Shown piece by piece: positions 53,108 through 62,367 of a stretch of 64,000 nt of DNA. The stretch lies in the IMG/VR virus record IMGVR_UViG_3300025018_000091. One strand, written 5' to 3'. The DNA is from a virus (Duplodnaviria > Caudoviricetes). The notes below the pieces were generated by a model that was not told the origin of the DNA, ran no database searches, and was given only the letters and a program-made list of their open reading frames with translations. The number at the start of each line of letters is the position of its first letter. The first letter of the stretch is position 1. The translations under genes were made by a program, and so were the position numbers.

Positions 53108-54256
53108 TTAATCGACCTCTTCTTCAAATGACATAGATGATGATGTTGGGACTTCTAATTCATCTGACATATCTGCGTCTAATAAATCATCTACAGAATT
53201 ATAATCTGTAGAATTAAAAACTGTGCCATTCTCTAATAAATTCTTAATCATTTGAGCTGAGTTTATTGAATTATTTTGAGGAGATCTAGCATCTTGCTTA
53301 TCAATCTTCTTTTCCATATCATCTAAATAATCATAATAATTTGGATTTTCTGTCAAATGATCCATAGTTATTTCTGTAGCTACATGTTTATCATTTGTGT
53401 GTTCCATTTCAACTTTGATACCTTTAGCTAAAGCTTTTGGATCAAAATCTTCAGGCTTTTTCTTGTCAGCTAAACCACCGGGAATTTCATCTTCCCAAAG
53501 AGCATCTTCTGCCATCTTGTATAAAACACCCATAATTTGATCTGCTTGGCTTTGCATTCCAGCATCTTCAAAAATATCAATGGCACTATTCAAATAATCA
53601 ACAGCTTTTGATACAGAAATACCTTCTTCTTGACCACTCAATATCTTAAACATTGAATCTTCAATTGTACTTGCAGTTGCATTTGGATTAGCGTTTGAAT
53701 TTGTATTTGTATACATGTTTGCACCCATATTTACATTTACATTTGGATTTACATTTAGATTTTTATTTGACAACGAACTTATCCTTTGTTTAACTGCAAC
53801 CGCATCTTTAGGACTGGTGCTTAAATATTGCTTAAGTAACGATATAGCAGCAATATTATTGCCGAGTTTTTGATAATTAATAGCCGCATTATATAAACAT
53901 ATGCTTACTGGTTTACCTCTGTAAGCCGCTAAATAAGCCCTTGCCGACTCGTCATATTTGCCTTGAGTATAAAAATTACCACCACGAGTAAATTCAATTG
54001 AATATAACTGTTCCTTTGCATTAGAATCGTTTGGATTCACTGTTAAAACTCTATTAATTAATGAAAGCGCTGCATCAAAATTATTAAGCTTTTTATAACA
54101 TATTGTTTGATTATATAGATAAGCAGAACGATGATCTATCTCAAAAGCTTTAGCCCAATATTTTGCTGCATTTGTATAATCTTTTTGCGAAAATAACTCA
54201 GCAGCTTTATCACTAAATTGCTTAGAATGTTGCTGCGTATAGGGACTACTTGGCAT
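53108..54256 (-). CDS. TPR-repeat protein with a C-terminal DUF5661-like domain
   Basis: TPR helices in about the first 165 aa; AKGIKVEMEH...EITMDHLTENPNYYDYL resembles DUF5661 (recalled, not searched). Confidence 0.6.
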   Translation of the reverse strand: MPSSPYTQQHSKQFSDKAAELFSQKDYTNAAKYWAKAFEIDHRSAYLYNQTICYKKLNNFDAALSLINRVLTVNPNDSNAKEQLYSIEFTRGGNFYTQGKYDESARAYLAAYRGKPVSICLYNAAINYQKLGNNIAAISLLKQYLSTSPKDAVAVKQRISSLSNKNLNVNPNVNVNMGANMYTNTNSNANPNATASTIEDSMFKILSGQEEGISVSKAVDYLNSAIDIFEDAGMQSQADQIMGVLYKMAEDALWEDEIPGGLADKKKPEDFDPKALAKGIKVEMEHTNDKHVATEITMDHLTENPNYYDYLDDMEKKIDKQDARSPQNNSINSAQMIKNLLENGTVFNSTDYNSVDDLLDADMSDELEVPTSSSMSFEEEVD

Positions 54257-54265
54257 TTACGATCC

Positions 54266-54799
54266 TTAAACGATAAACTTTGCAAGATTTATTGCTTTAA
54301 CAGCAGTAGCAAATTTACTAGCAATATCATCCTTGATTTCACTCCAAGCGGCTTCTCTTTCATCCTCATCAGTAATTTTTTCATATAGATTAACTAATGT
54401 ATTTTTAATTGCTTCAAATGGTCCTTCTTGACCAACTTTCTTTAATACATTATAAATTATTGAGGTAACTTTTATAGCCATACCAAGAGGGCTTGCTACA
54501 AACAAATTCTTCAAATCTTCAGCATTTAAAAGATCTAAATGTTTTAATAATTTACCAATATCATCAGTAGAAAAAGCATTACTGATTAACTCTTGTGTAG
54601 CTAATACTCGTAATACTTTTTCTACCTCTCTTGATTCTTTTTGTAATCCTGCTTTATCAAATATGTCAGCAGCAGCATTAAGATAATCAAATGCTTTAGC
54701 TAATTTATTGAAATTATGCTTAGTTTCAATTTGACTTGAAACTAGCGTTTTCTCCATAGAATGCATTAACTCATTCTCAATGCTGCCACTTTTAAACAT
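54266..54799 (-). CDS. Probable internal head protein
   Basis: 177 aa; helical motif AFDYLNAAADIFDKAG shared with ORF 53108. Confidence 0.55.
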   Translation of the reverse strand: MFKSGSIENELMHSMEKTLVSSQIETKHNFNKLAKAFDYLNAAADIFDKAGLQKESREVEKVLRVLATQELISNAFSTDDIGKLLKHLDLLNAEDLKNLFVASPLGMAIKVTSIIYNVLKKVGQEGPFEAIKNTLVNLYEKITDEDEREAAWSEIKDDIASKFATAVKAINLAKFIV

Positions 54800-54824
54800 A
54801 TTATATCCTATTCAAGGTTAAGAC

Positions 54825-55508
54825 TTACTTATTTTTCTTAGCAAATGGATTTGTTTTTCCAGATTTGCCAGTGTCTTTTCCTTTAACAGCAGGTTTCTTG
54901 GTTGACTGAGTTGACTTAGTTGACTTTGGTTTATCTGTTGACTTTGGCTTATCTTTTGCAGCATTAGAATCTGTCTTCTTCGTGCTTTTCTTGGTATCTT
55001 TCTTAGTATCTTTCTTGGTATCTTTCTTACCCTTAGCACTAGAGTCTTTCTTGCCTTTTGTATCTTTACTCTTAGCAGTTTCTTTCTTGGCTGCTAGAAC
55101 TAAAGATGCTAATTTTAGACTTACAGTTGAGCTTTTTTCTAAGCCTACAGAATCTAAAGCGGCTGATGCTGTAAGTAGACTATCAATTGCAACGTCGTAA
55201 TTAGCAGAAACATCATACAATCCTGCATTTAGATCGTCAGCACTATCGCTGTCACCAGCTTCATCTTCTTCATCTACATCTGCATCATTGTCATCTACTT
55301 CGATGTCATCTGCACAAGAAGTGTCTTTCATTTCGTCATCGTCGTCATCAGCACTACAGCTATCTTCTTCATCTTTTTCCATAGTACTTGCATCATTTTC
55401 ATCTGAAGCAAATTTATATGTAGTGTTAAACAAAGAATTGTGTTCTTGGCTTTTTAATACTGCATCCATTGTTGCAGCTACAAAATCTGATACACTTTTA
55501 TTATTCAT
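54825..55508 (-). CDS. Acidic/basic bipartite protein (possible DNA-condensing core protein)
   Basis: Asp/Glu-rich middle region; Lys-rich tail with KKDT repeats; AGAGGA SD. Confidence 0.6.
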   Translation of the reverse strand: MNNKSVSDFVAATMDAVLKSQEHNSLFNTTYKFASDENDASTMEKDEEDSCSADDDDDEMKDTSCADDIEVDDNDADVDEEDEAGDSDSADDLNAGLYDVSANYDVAIDSLLTASAALDSVGLEKSSTVSLKLASLVLAAKKETAKSKDTKGKKDSSAKGKKDTKKDTKKDTKKSTKKTDSNAAKDKPKSTDKPKSTKSTQSTKKPAVKGKDTGKSGKTNPFAKKNK

Positions 55509-55533
55509 AGTATCCTCTAATAGTTATCTTATC

Positions 55534-58500
55534 TTAGAACGACCCTTTGGAAGTCTTAGATAGTGCTGCTGACAATTGAGCAACTAAATTTTCATCGTTA
55601 GAACTTGCTGGGGCGAATTCTCCAGATCCAATCATTCCGACTTGTGGTATATGTCCAGCTTCCTTACGAAGTACTGGTGTATGCTTTGCAACAACTCTCT
55701 TAAGAGAATCAAAGCTATCATCATTAAACTTCATAATTTCATCAACCTGAAAAGAAACGGCTTGTCTATCATTATGACACAAACCACGATCTACCATGTC
55801 ATAAGCAAGTTCATAAGCTCTTGCCATTTTCACACGATACTTGTTAAGTTCTGCTTCCATTTCTGCCTTAACATGTTCCTTTACAAGTTCGCTTGCGAAT
55901 TCAGATCCACCGTCAACCTGTCCCCAGTATTTCTTATAATAAGAAACTGCGTCCTTGTCTAAACCTTCTGCAATTAATGCGTCTAGGTCTGCCGGATCTA
56001 ATTTACCTTCGCTAACTAATCTATGAATAGCTTCTGCTTCTTTACGAACCTTTGGAGGTGCATTAGCAAGATCTAACATTGCTTTTTGAGTTTCCTCTAA
56101 TCCTTCAATAGTTCCTAAATTACCAGATGGTTTTACATCAAGTTGAGTTGTAGCATTTCCCTTTGGATGTGCTTCATGTAGATGAGGGCTGGTCTTCATT
56201 GCTTCTGCAGCTAACTTAGCGCGCATTGCAGATCTACCTTCTAATGAATTAAAGCTGGCTAATTCTACTTCTGCATTAGGATCTTTTTGAACGATTTCAG
56301 CAGCCATTTCTGGATCATCTGTCTTAACTGCATCATTATCGTCAACTTCACCAGTATCACCTAAGCCAAGAATATCCATTAGATCTGTGGTATCTTCGCC
56401 TTCGCCTTCGTCACCACCCAATAATTCTTCTATACTAGCATCTGATCCTTCTTCTTCTAAAGAAAGATCATCTCCAGAATCAACATCTTCAATCATGTCA
56501 CTAACTTCATCTAAAGCATTATCTGTATCAGTGATTAGAGCAGATAAATCATCTACAGAATCTAGATCTATATCTGTTACACCCATAGTATTATCTCCTT
56601 CAGCGGCTAATGATTCAAGTTCTGCCTCGATTTCAGCGCGCTTTACTATAGCTTCTGTACCACGAGCGTATTTAACAAAAGCTGTCATTAATTTAAATCC
56701 ATCAGCAACAGCTGTCTTGGCTTCAGTTAACGCGTCTTCTATGATAGAGCCAACAAATTCCTTATTAGAGGCAGTGACCGCGCCCTTATCATACATACCT
56801 GCAATCATCATTAATTCTTGTTGATGATCTTGAAGTTCTGCAACTGATTCTTTCATTGCATTTGTTAATGCACCATTAAGTTCTTTTCTTAATGTATTAA
56901 GAGTTCTTGTTTCAGATGCGGCGGCACCCATTTCTGGGGCTCCCATTTCTGAAGCAGCTTCGCCACCCATTTCATTTTGTTCTCCGGTTAATGCTCTAAC
57001 AGCTTCAACTAAATCGGAGCTAAGATCTCTAACTTTTTCAGCTAATTCTAATGCAGTTTCTTTTGGATCGCCAGATTTGCCGGTGTCTTCAGCTTCACCT
57101 TCTGGGGCTGCATCCATTGGTTCTGCAGGGGGTGCAGGAGGTGCAGGTGGTGCTACTTGTGCTCCCTTTACAAGAGCGCGAACTTTATCGGCACCAAAAG
57201 ATTTAACATTTTCAATAAGTTTGGCTCCAAATGCTTTAGTTGCAATATTGTTGTATAATGTATCAGTTCTATTTCCAGATAATTCATCAACAGATGCTGT
57301 CAATAGCAATTTGTCTCCCAAGAATACTTCCCAACCACTCTTGCCATAGTTTTGTGTTCCGTCAGCATTAGATGCTTTTTGAAAACGTGCTCTTAGAGAT
57401 GCTCTCTGGATCATTTCCTTACGCTTCTCTTCATCATTTACTTTGACAGATGCTGGACTTGGATGCATTCCATCAACTGGTCCTACGCCTGGGAATGGTT
57501 TTTGACCATTCATATGTTTATCACCGCTACCACGAAGTTGCTCATTCATCTTATCTGGTGCATATTTTGTTTTACCTGGAGTTGGCTCTTGTGGATTCTT
57601 ATCACCCTGTTGGAAGTATGCTTCTTTCTTTTGTTCCAATGCTTGTTTAGCTAAGTTTACAACCGCATTACGACGCATTGCGCGTTCCTCGGCATCAGCG
57701 CGAGCAAGCATCTTCTTGCGCTCTAAATCTCCGGGGTATAATTGTTCTGGACTGCCCATATTATCGACATCCATTTGCTTATCTCCATCAGTTCTCAACT
57801 TTTCATTCATTGGGTCTTTTGGATACTTTGGCTTACCTGGGCTTGGCTCGTTTTCATTGCCAGCACCTTGAAAATAACCTTGTTTATTAATATTTGATCC
57901 AGACATATTTTCCTCTTGTGTACTTGTGGAAGTGTTTGCTAACTTATCTAAGCTTGTTTTCATTTGATTTAACTTAGTCTCTATAGACGCCGTAACTACT
58001 CTAAGCTCAGAAACTAGGTCTGCTTCCACATTAGTAGAAGCATATCTGACAGGGGTAGCTAATCCAGAATCCGTGTTGGGTAACACTGTCTCGTCCATCG
58101 CGACAGTTCCCGACGATTGATTAAATGCTATATCATTAGTATCTTCTTCTGCTTTTTTTGCAGAATCAGTAATTAACACTAATTTCTTCATAGCATCATC
58201 AATATCTTGCTTTAAACCTTCTAAACTTTGTGCCGATAAATTAAATGAAGAGCCTTCTCCATTTTCAGAATTCACATTAATTGATGCCGTGAATCTATCA
58301 GCAATTTTGTTAATTTCTTTTTCTTTATCTTCAACATATGTATTTAATGTATTTGCTGCAGCAATAATATGCTTGATGTGTGCTTTAGGGTCGGCTCCAT
58401 TAACTACAATTGATAACTCAATTGGATTTAAATCTACGTTAATTTCACCATAACAAGTTTTATTTTTCATATGGGTACAGAAATCGGCTTCAGTGCGTGC

Positions 58501-59103
58501 AACACGATGACAACCTTCTTCGGTACAAATTGCACGACCAACAGCAGTTCCCATAGATACAGAATTCGAATACCCGGTTGCAACCTTTCGTGCCAAATCC
58601 GGGTAATTATGTTTATCTAATGCACATAAAGCTATGACTCGCTTTAAATTGCGATCATAATAAGTATCAACTATAAAGCCTCTAACATGATCTACTGAGC
58701 TTGATTTATGATCTATGCAAAGAGGCTTTCCAATCCATTTCTTGTATGCTTTTACAAGTTCTTCTTCTGGAAAGATATCACCATTAGAATTCTTATACGG
58801 CTTTACGCTTAAATCGTTTGATTCCCAACGCCAAGTATTATCAGACTTATCCCAACCTACTTTAACAGGCTCTCCAGATGCATTTATTTTTATTGTTCCA
58901 TCATCATTAAGTGCTGCAGCTTCTGCCGCGTGCATCATAACTGCTGAAAAATATAAGAAATCCTCAGCTTTAGGTGCTATCTTTTTTAGGTTAGCGGCAA
59001 ACTTTTTAAAATTATCTAAAATCTCAGGACTAACAGAGGGAATACAAGATGCAGTATCTTCTATTCTACTAATCTCTATCAATTCACCATTTTTAATAAA
59101 CAT
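55534..59103 (-). CDS. Prohead protease fused to scaffold/internal polyprotein
   Basis: N-terminal NSNGDIF...GKPLCIDH...RGFI...VSMG...ELSIVVNGADPKA (HK97/herpes-type Ser-His protease pattern) followed by about 900 aa of coiled-coil and acidic sequence. ATG at 59103 (track starts at TTG 59106). Confidence 0.85.
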   Translation of the reverse strand: MFIKNGELIEISRIEDTASCIPSVSPEILDNFKKFAANLKKIAPKAEDFLYFSAVMMHAAEAAALNDDGTIKINASGEPVKVGWDKSDNTWRWESNDLSVKPYKNSNGDIFPEEELVKAYKKWIGKPLCIDHKSSSVDHVRGFIVDTYYDRNLKRVIALCALDKHNYPDLARKVATGYSNSVSMGTAVGRAICTEEGCHRVARTEADFCTHMKNKTCYGEINVDLNPIELSIVVNGADPKAHIKHIIAAANTLNTYVEDKEKEINKIADRFTASINVNSENGEGSSFNLSAQSLEGLKQDIDDAMKKLVLITDSAKKAEEDTNDIAFNQSSGTVAMDETVLPNTDSGLATPVRYASTNVEADLVSELRVVTASIETKLNQMKTSLDKLANTSTSTQEENMSGSNINKQGYFQGAGNENEPSPGKPKYPKDPMNEKLRTDGDKQMDVDNMGSPEQLYPGDLERKKMLARADAEERAMRRNAVVNLAKQALEQKKEAYFQQGDKNPQEPTPGKTKYAPDKMNEQLRGSGDKHMNGQKPFPGVGPVDGMHPSPASVKVNDEEKRKEMIQRASLRARFQKASNADGTQNYGKSGWEVFLGDKLLLTASVDELSGNRTDTLYNNIATKAFGAKLIENVKSFGADKVRALVKGAQVAPPAPPAPPAEPMDAAPEGEAEDTGKSGDPKETALELAEKVRDLSSDLVEAVRALTGEQNEMGGEAASEMGAPEMGAAASETRTLNTLRKELNGALTNAMKESVAELQDHQQELMMIAGMYDKGAVTASNKEFVGSIIEDALTEAKTAVADGFKLMTAFVKYARGTEAIVKRAEIEAELESLAAEGDNTMGVTDIDLDSVDDLSALITDTDNALDEVSDMIEDVDSGDDLSLEEEGSDASIEELLGGDEGEGEDTTDLMDILGLGDTGEVDDNDAVKTDDPEMAAEIVQKDPNAEVELASFNSLEGRSAMRAKLAAEAMKTSPHLHEAHPKGNATTQLDVKPSGNLGTIEGLEETQKAMLDLANAPPKVRKEAEAIHRLVSEGKLDPADLDALIAEGLDKDAVSYYKKYWGQVDGGSEFASELVKEHVKAEMEAELNKYRVKMARAYELAYDMVDRGLCHNDRQAVSFQVDEIMKFNDDSFDSLKRVVAKHTPVLRKEAGHIPQVGMIGSGEFAPASSNDENLVAQLSAALSKTSKGSF

Positions 59104-59106
59104 CAA

Positions 59107-59271
59107 TTATCTCCCGCTCGTCTCATCTTGTGAGCCAGAATTAAACTTATCACCTTCAGAAGATTTCTTACCACTCTTAGAGAAATCTTTGAGGTTTTTT
59201 TTCTGTTCCTCAGTTAATTCTTCTTCATCTAGAACAGAGACTATTTTACCATCACCATGTTTAACGAACAT
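59107..59271 (-). CDS. Small unannotated protein (54 aa)
   Basis: Below the track cutoff: MFVKHGDGKIVSVLDEEELTEEQKKNLKDFSKSGKKSSEGDKFNSGSQDETSGR. GGAGAG SD; its 3' end supplies the protease SD. Confidence 0.65.
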   Translation of the reverse strand: MFVKHGDGKIVSVLDEEELTEEQKKNLKDFSKSGKKSSEGDKFNSGSQDETSGR

Positions 59272-59388
59272 CTTATGCTCTCCAATTTGGGAGAATCTAC
59301 ATATAGATTACAATTATAATGATTTATTGCTACAATTTTCTGTAACGCTATAAGAATATAACATTATTACCATTTAATATGAAAATTA

Positions 59389-60036
59389 TTAGCTGGATTG
59401 TAATCTATCTTTTAGCTCCTCATTTAACTGATCCTGCCTCTTGTTGTAAAGATCCATTATTAATGGCGTCTTTTTCTCTATTTTGGTTTGTAATTCTGTA
59501 CTAACAGAATCAACCCAATTCTTCGCCAAGATATTTGATCGAATATGATCTATAATCCTATCATCAGCGATTTCTTCAATATCATCACATTGTTTTTGAA
59601 TTTCTTCAATTGAAGTAACAACATTTTTTGCAAATTCTTTATCATCTAAACTATCAAACAGTTTAATAAAATCATTCACTTTAGTTTCTAAATCTTCAAT
59701 AGAAGAAATAAAAGACTTCATAAGTTTTATAGTCTGTGTATCTGAAGCAAATGATTGCATAGCATTAACACATTTAAATGCTGATACTTTGAACTCATTA
59801 AAATTATTTATAGATTGATCTCTAAATCTTCTAATGGCTGCACGGGCTTTTATTACCGAATCAGGAGTCATATCAGTATTCTCCTTAAATGGAGTTTTCA
59901 TAATATTTAAATGATTAGATGCTAATGATAATAACTTTAATGTAGTATTAAAAAAGATAATAGCTTTCTCTGCCTCTTGTTTTTCGGCATCAGACACTTC
60001 ATATGTCATCTGAACAGTATAAGCTCGTTTAATCAT
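59389..60036 (-). CDS. Hypothetical coiled-coil protein
   Basis: Likely start MIKRA at 60036, overlapping the previous stop (track gives 60105). Confidence 0.6.
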   Translation of the reverse strand: MIKRAYTVQMTYEVSDAEKQEAEKAIIFFNTTLKLLSLASNHLNIMKTPFKENTDMTPDSVIKARAAIRRFRDQSINNFNEFKVSAFKCVNAMQSFASDTQTIKLMKSFISSIEDLETKVNDFIKLFDSLDDKEFAKNVVTSIEEIQKQCDDIEEIADDRIIDHIRSNILAKNWVDSVSTELQTKIEKKTPLIMDLYNKRQDQLNEELKDRLQSS

Positions 60037-60778
60037 AAAAAAATCCGCCCGCATTTTCTGTAGGTCCAAAACCTCTTCCACCAGTATCGTTATTGTATAC
60101 TCCAACTACTGGAACCTCATCTTCCTTTTTATTATGTTCTTTTATTGCCCTATAATTTTCTCTAATGGGCGATTGTTCTAAATCAGATAAATATAAAAAG
60201 TCATTAGGGAACGACTTTGTTTGGTCTAAATAAGGGGCAAAAGAACCCTGCGGACCACTTTCTAAAATGCTTCCACGATTATCATCGATGTATTCGCGTT
60301 CATTGGAAACTATATCAGTTTCTGAAGAATATTTATCTGGCTTACAGGATCTAATTAAGTTTTCATAAAGCTGTGTAATAAATGGCGATATTCCAACACC
60401 AAACCCTAATGATTTCGCCTCTGCTATTGCTTTTTCTGGATTTTCATGCATATACTTACATTTAACGATTGCTATTACTAATCCAGTTCTATCTTTTCCT
60501 GCTTGACAATGAACAAAAACTGGTCCATCTTCTAAAAATAACTGTTTAAAATCATGCTGAAATAAATTCATTAATGATGATTTTCTGCCATCAATTGGTA
60601 TGATTACATGATCTATCCCTAGTTTAGTTGCTATATTGTGTATTCTATTTCCACTTTTTCTATCTAAACTAACAATTCTGTTAATACCAAGCTTATTCTT
60701 TAAATTAACAACATCTACGGGTGAAGGCGAACTACCCCTATATAAACCTTTCGCTACCTTCCTAAACCTGCGTATCAT
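60029..60778 (-). CDS. Cys-based protein tyrosine/dual-specificity phosphatase
   Basis: LYRGSSP and the catalytic P-loop VFVHCQAGKDRTG (HCxxGxxR). Confidence 0.9.
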   Translation of the reverse strand: MIRRFRKVAKGLYRGSSPSPVDVVNLKNKLGINRIVSLDRKSGNRIHNIATKLGIDHVIIPIDGRKSSLMNLFQHDFKQLFLEDGPVFVHCQAGKDRTGLVIAIVKCKYMHENPEKAIAEAKSLGFGVGISPFITQLYENLIRSCKPDKYSSETDIVSNEREYIDDNRGSILESGPQGSFAPYLDQTKSFPNDFLYLSDLEQSPIRENYRAIKEHNKKEDEVPVVGVYNNDTGGRGFGPTENAGGFFYD

Positions 60779-60779
60779 A

Positions 60780-61526
60780 TTATAAATTCCTCACGATATT
60801 ATTAAGCACTTCTCTAACATATCTAGCATTATGATTAAATAAAACATGCTTTACAAATGTAAGAGATTGACCTATTGCTGATGACGGCGGAAGATTTTTA
60901 CTAGAGATCTCTGTTTCATTAAATGAATAGATTTTTCTTTTCAAACTATTTAATGCATTTAGTCTTTTTTCCGGATCAATTCTTGTTAATGTAAATCTAA
61001 TAATATCAGCCAGATATCTACCAACCAATCTCGGATCCCCCAATTCAGTAACTGCTGCATTTTTTACAATATCCATATTCATCTTTACCTTATGTTGTTT
61101 ATTAAACAATATAAGGGCATTCTGCATTGCTACTGATTCTGGTTTTTGTAAATCCTCTCTGATAGCTTTGTTAAACTGATTGTTATAGATTTTTAAAAAC
61201 TCTTTAACACACTCTTTTGGAGCATTTTTTCTTAGTTTCCTAAGTAAAGCTGAATAGGATAATTCTTCAACTTCAGTTAAATCAATAATAGACTTAGCTT
61301 CATCCTCTGCTTTATTATTATCTTCAAGATGCTTAAAAAACTCTACTTGCTTTAATCTTTTCTTAGCTAATTGCTTTGATTTATAAGTTCCTAAATTTTT
61401 ACCCTTTTCAGACATTACACGATATTTTCCATTTGGTAATCTTTTAATAACAGCAATCTTCATCAAACTTGCTTCGCAAGCATCTTTGTATTCAATCGCT
61501 AGTTTTAAAATATTATCGTTATTCAT
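60780..61526 (-). CDS. Hypothetical protein, probable internal head protein
   Basis: 248 aa; KLA/KIA/KNA motifs; basic module IKRLPNGKYRVMSEKGKNLGTYKSKQLAKKRLKQVEFFKH. Confidence 0.6.
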   Translation of the reverse strand: MNNDNILKLAIEYKDACEASLMKIAVIKRLPNGKYRVMSEKGKNLGTYKSKQLAKKRLKQVEFFKHLEDNNKAEDEAKSIIDLTEVEELSYSALLRKLRKNAPKECVKEFLKIYNNQFNKAIREDLQKPESVAMQNALILFNKQHKVKMNMDIVKNAAVTELGDPRLVGRYLADIIRFTLTRIDPEKRLNALNSLKRKIYSFNETEISSKNLPPSSAIGQSLTFVKHVLFNHNARYVREVLNNIVRNL

Positions 61527-61933
61527 TATTTTTTATTTGCAAGTGATTTGAGTAATACTGCCTCGCGACTTCTTAAGAAAATATCATCCATAATACCATT
61601 ACCATCTACTTCACATAAACCTCTAACCGATCTTTCACTAATAAAAATTTGCTTTCCTAATTTACTCATATTAGTACGCCTATCAAGATAAGTACCTTCC
61701 ATCACTAAACATTCTTTATAAGCAGCAATAACTTTTCCAAAGAAAACAGTTGGGTATGGAGTTGATACTTGTTCTGTACTTACTGTCTCATATGCATCAC
61801 CAAGATACACTTCTACATACTTATCTTTAAATAACTCATACCAAAATTCTGCGATAGTTGAATGACCTTTTCTTGTTGAATTAATTTCATTCATTTTCTC
61901 TATCATAGCATCTAATTGATCTTGTGGTATCAT
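61526..61933 (-). CDS. Hypothetical protein, paralog 2 of a tandem pair
   Basis: Shares EVYLGDAYE...ST.YP.VF.GKVI..Y.ECL.MEG.Y.DR...KQIFISER with the neighbouring gene. Confidence 0.75.
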   Translation of the reverse strand: MIPQDQLDAMIEKMNEINSTRKGHSTIAEFWYELFKDKYVEVYLGDAYETVSTEQVSTPYPTVFFGKVIAAYKECLVMEGTYLDRRTNMSKLGKQIFISERSVRGLCEVDGNGIMDDIFLRSREAVLLKSLANKK

Positions 61934-62355
61934 TATTTTTCCTCTTCAAGATCTAAATTTTTAAGCTCTATTGTATCGCGACTTCTCATAAAAATATCAT
62001 CTATAATACCACGACCATCTACCTCACATAACCCTCTAATTGCTCTTTCACTAATGAAGATTTGTTTTCCAGGCTTATACGATATATTTTTCATTTCTTT
62101 GGATTGCAACATTTTTCTATCGATATAAGAACCTTCCATTATTAAACATTCTCTATATGAGCCTATAACTTTTCCAGAAAATACTGCTGGATATGTTGTT
62201 GAAATTTGATCAACACTTAATTCTTCATATGCATCACCAAGATACACTTCTATAAATTTACCTTTAAATAATTTACATAAGAATTCAGCGACAGTAGCAT
62301 CTCTATCTACATTTAATTCATCAACTAAATTTGTTAATTCTTCTCGCGGTATCAT
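61933..62355 (-). CDS. Hypothetical protein, paralog 1 of a tandem pair
   Basis: Same shared motifs; TAATG-coupled to paralog 2. Confidence 0.75.
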   Translation of the reverse strand: MIPREELTNLVDELNVDRDATVAEFLCKLFKGKFIEVYLGDAYEELSVDQISTTYPAVFSGKVIGSYRECLIMEGSYIDRKMLQSKEMKNISYKPGKQIFISERAIRGLCEVDGRGIIDDIFMRSRDTIELKNLDLEEEK

Positions 62356-62367
62356 CGATAATCCTTA

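Noticed and set aside
41495-59103. Introns or inteins in the capsid or protease genes
   Set aside because: Both ORFs are continuous; no intein N-terminal Cys/Ser block with terminal His-Asn was seen, and the endonucleases lie between genes.
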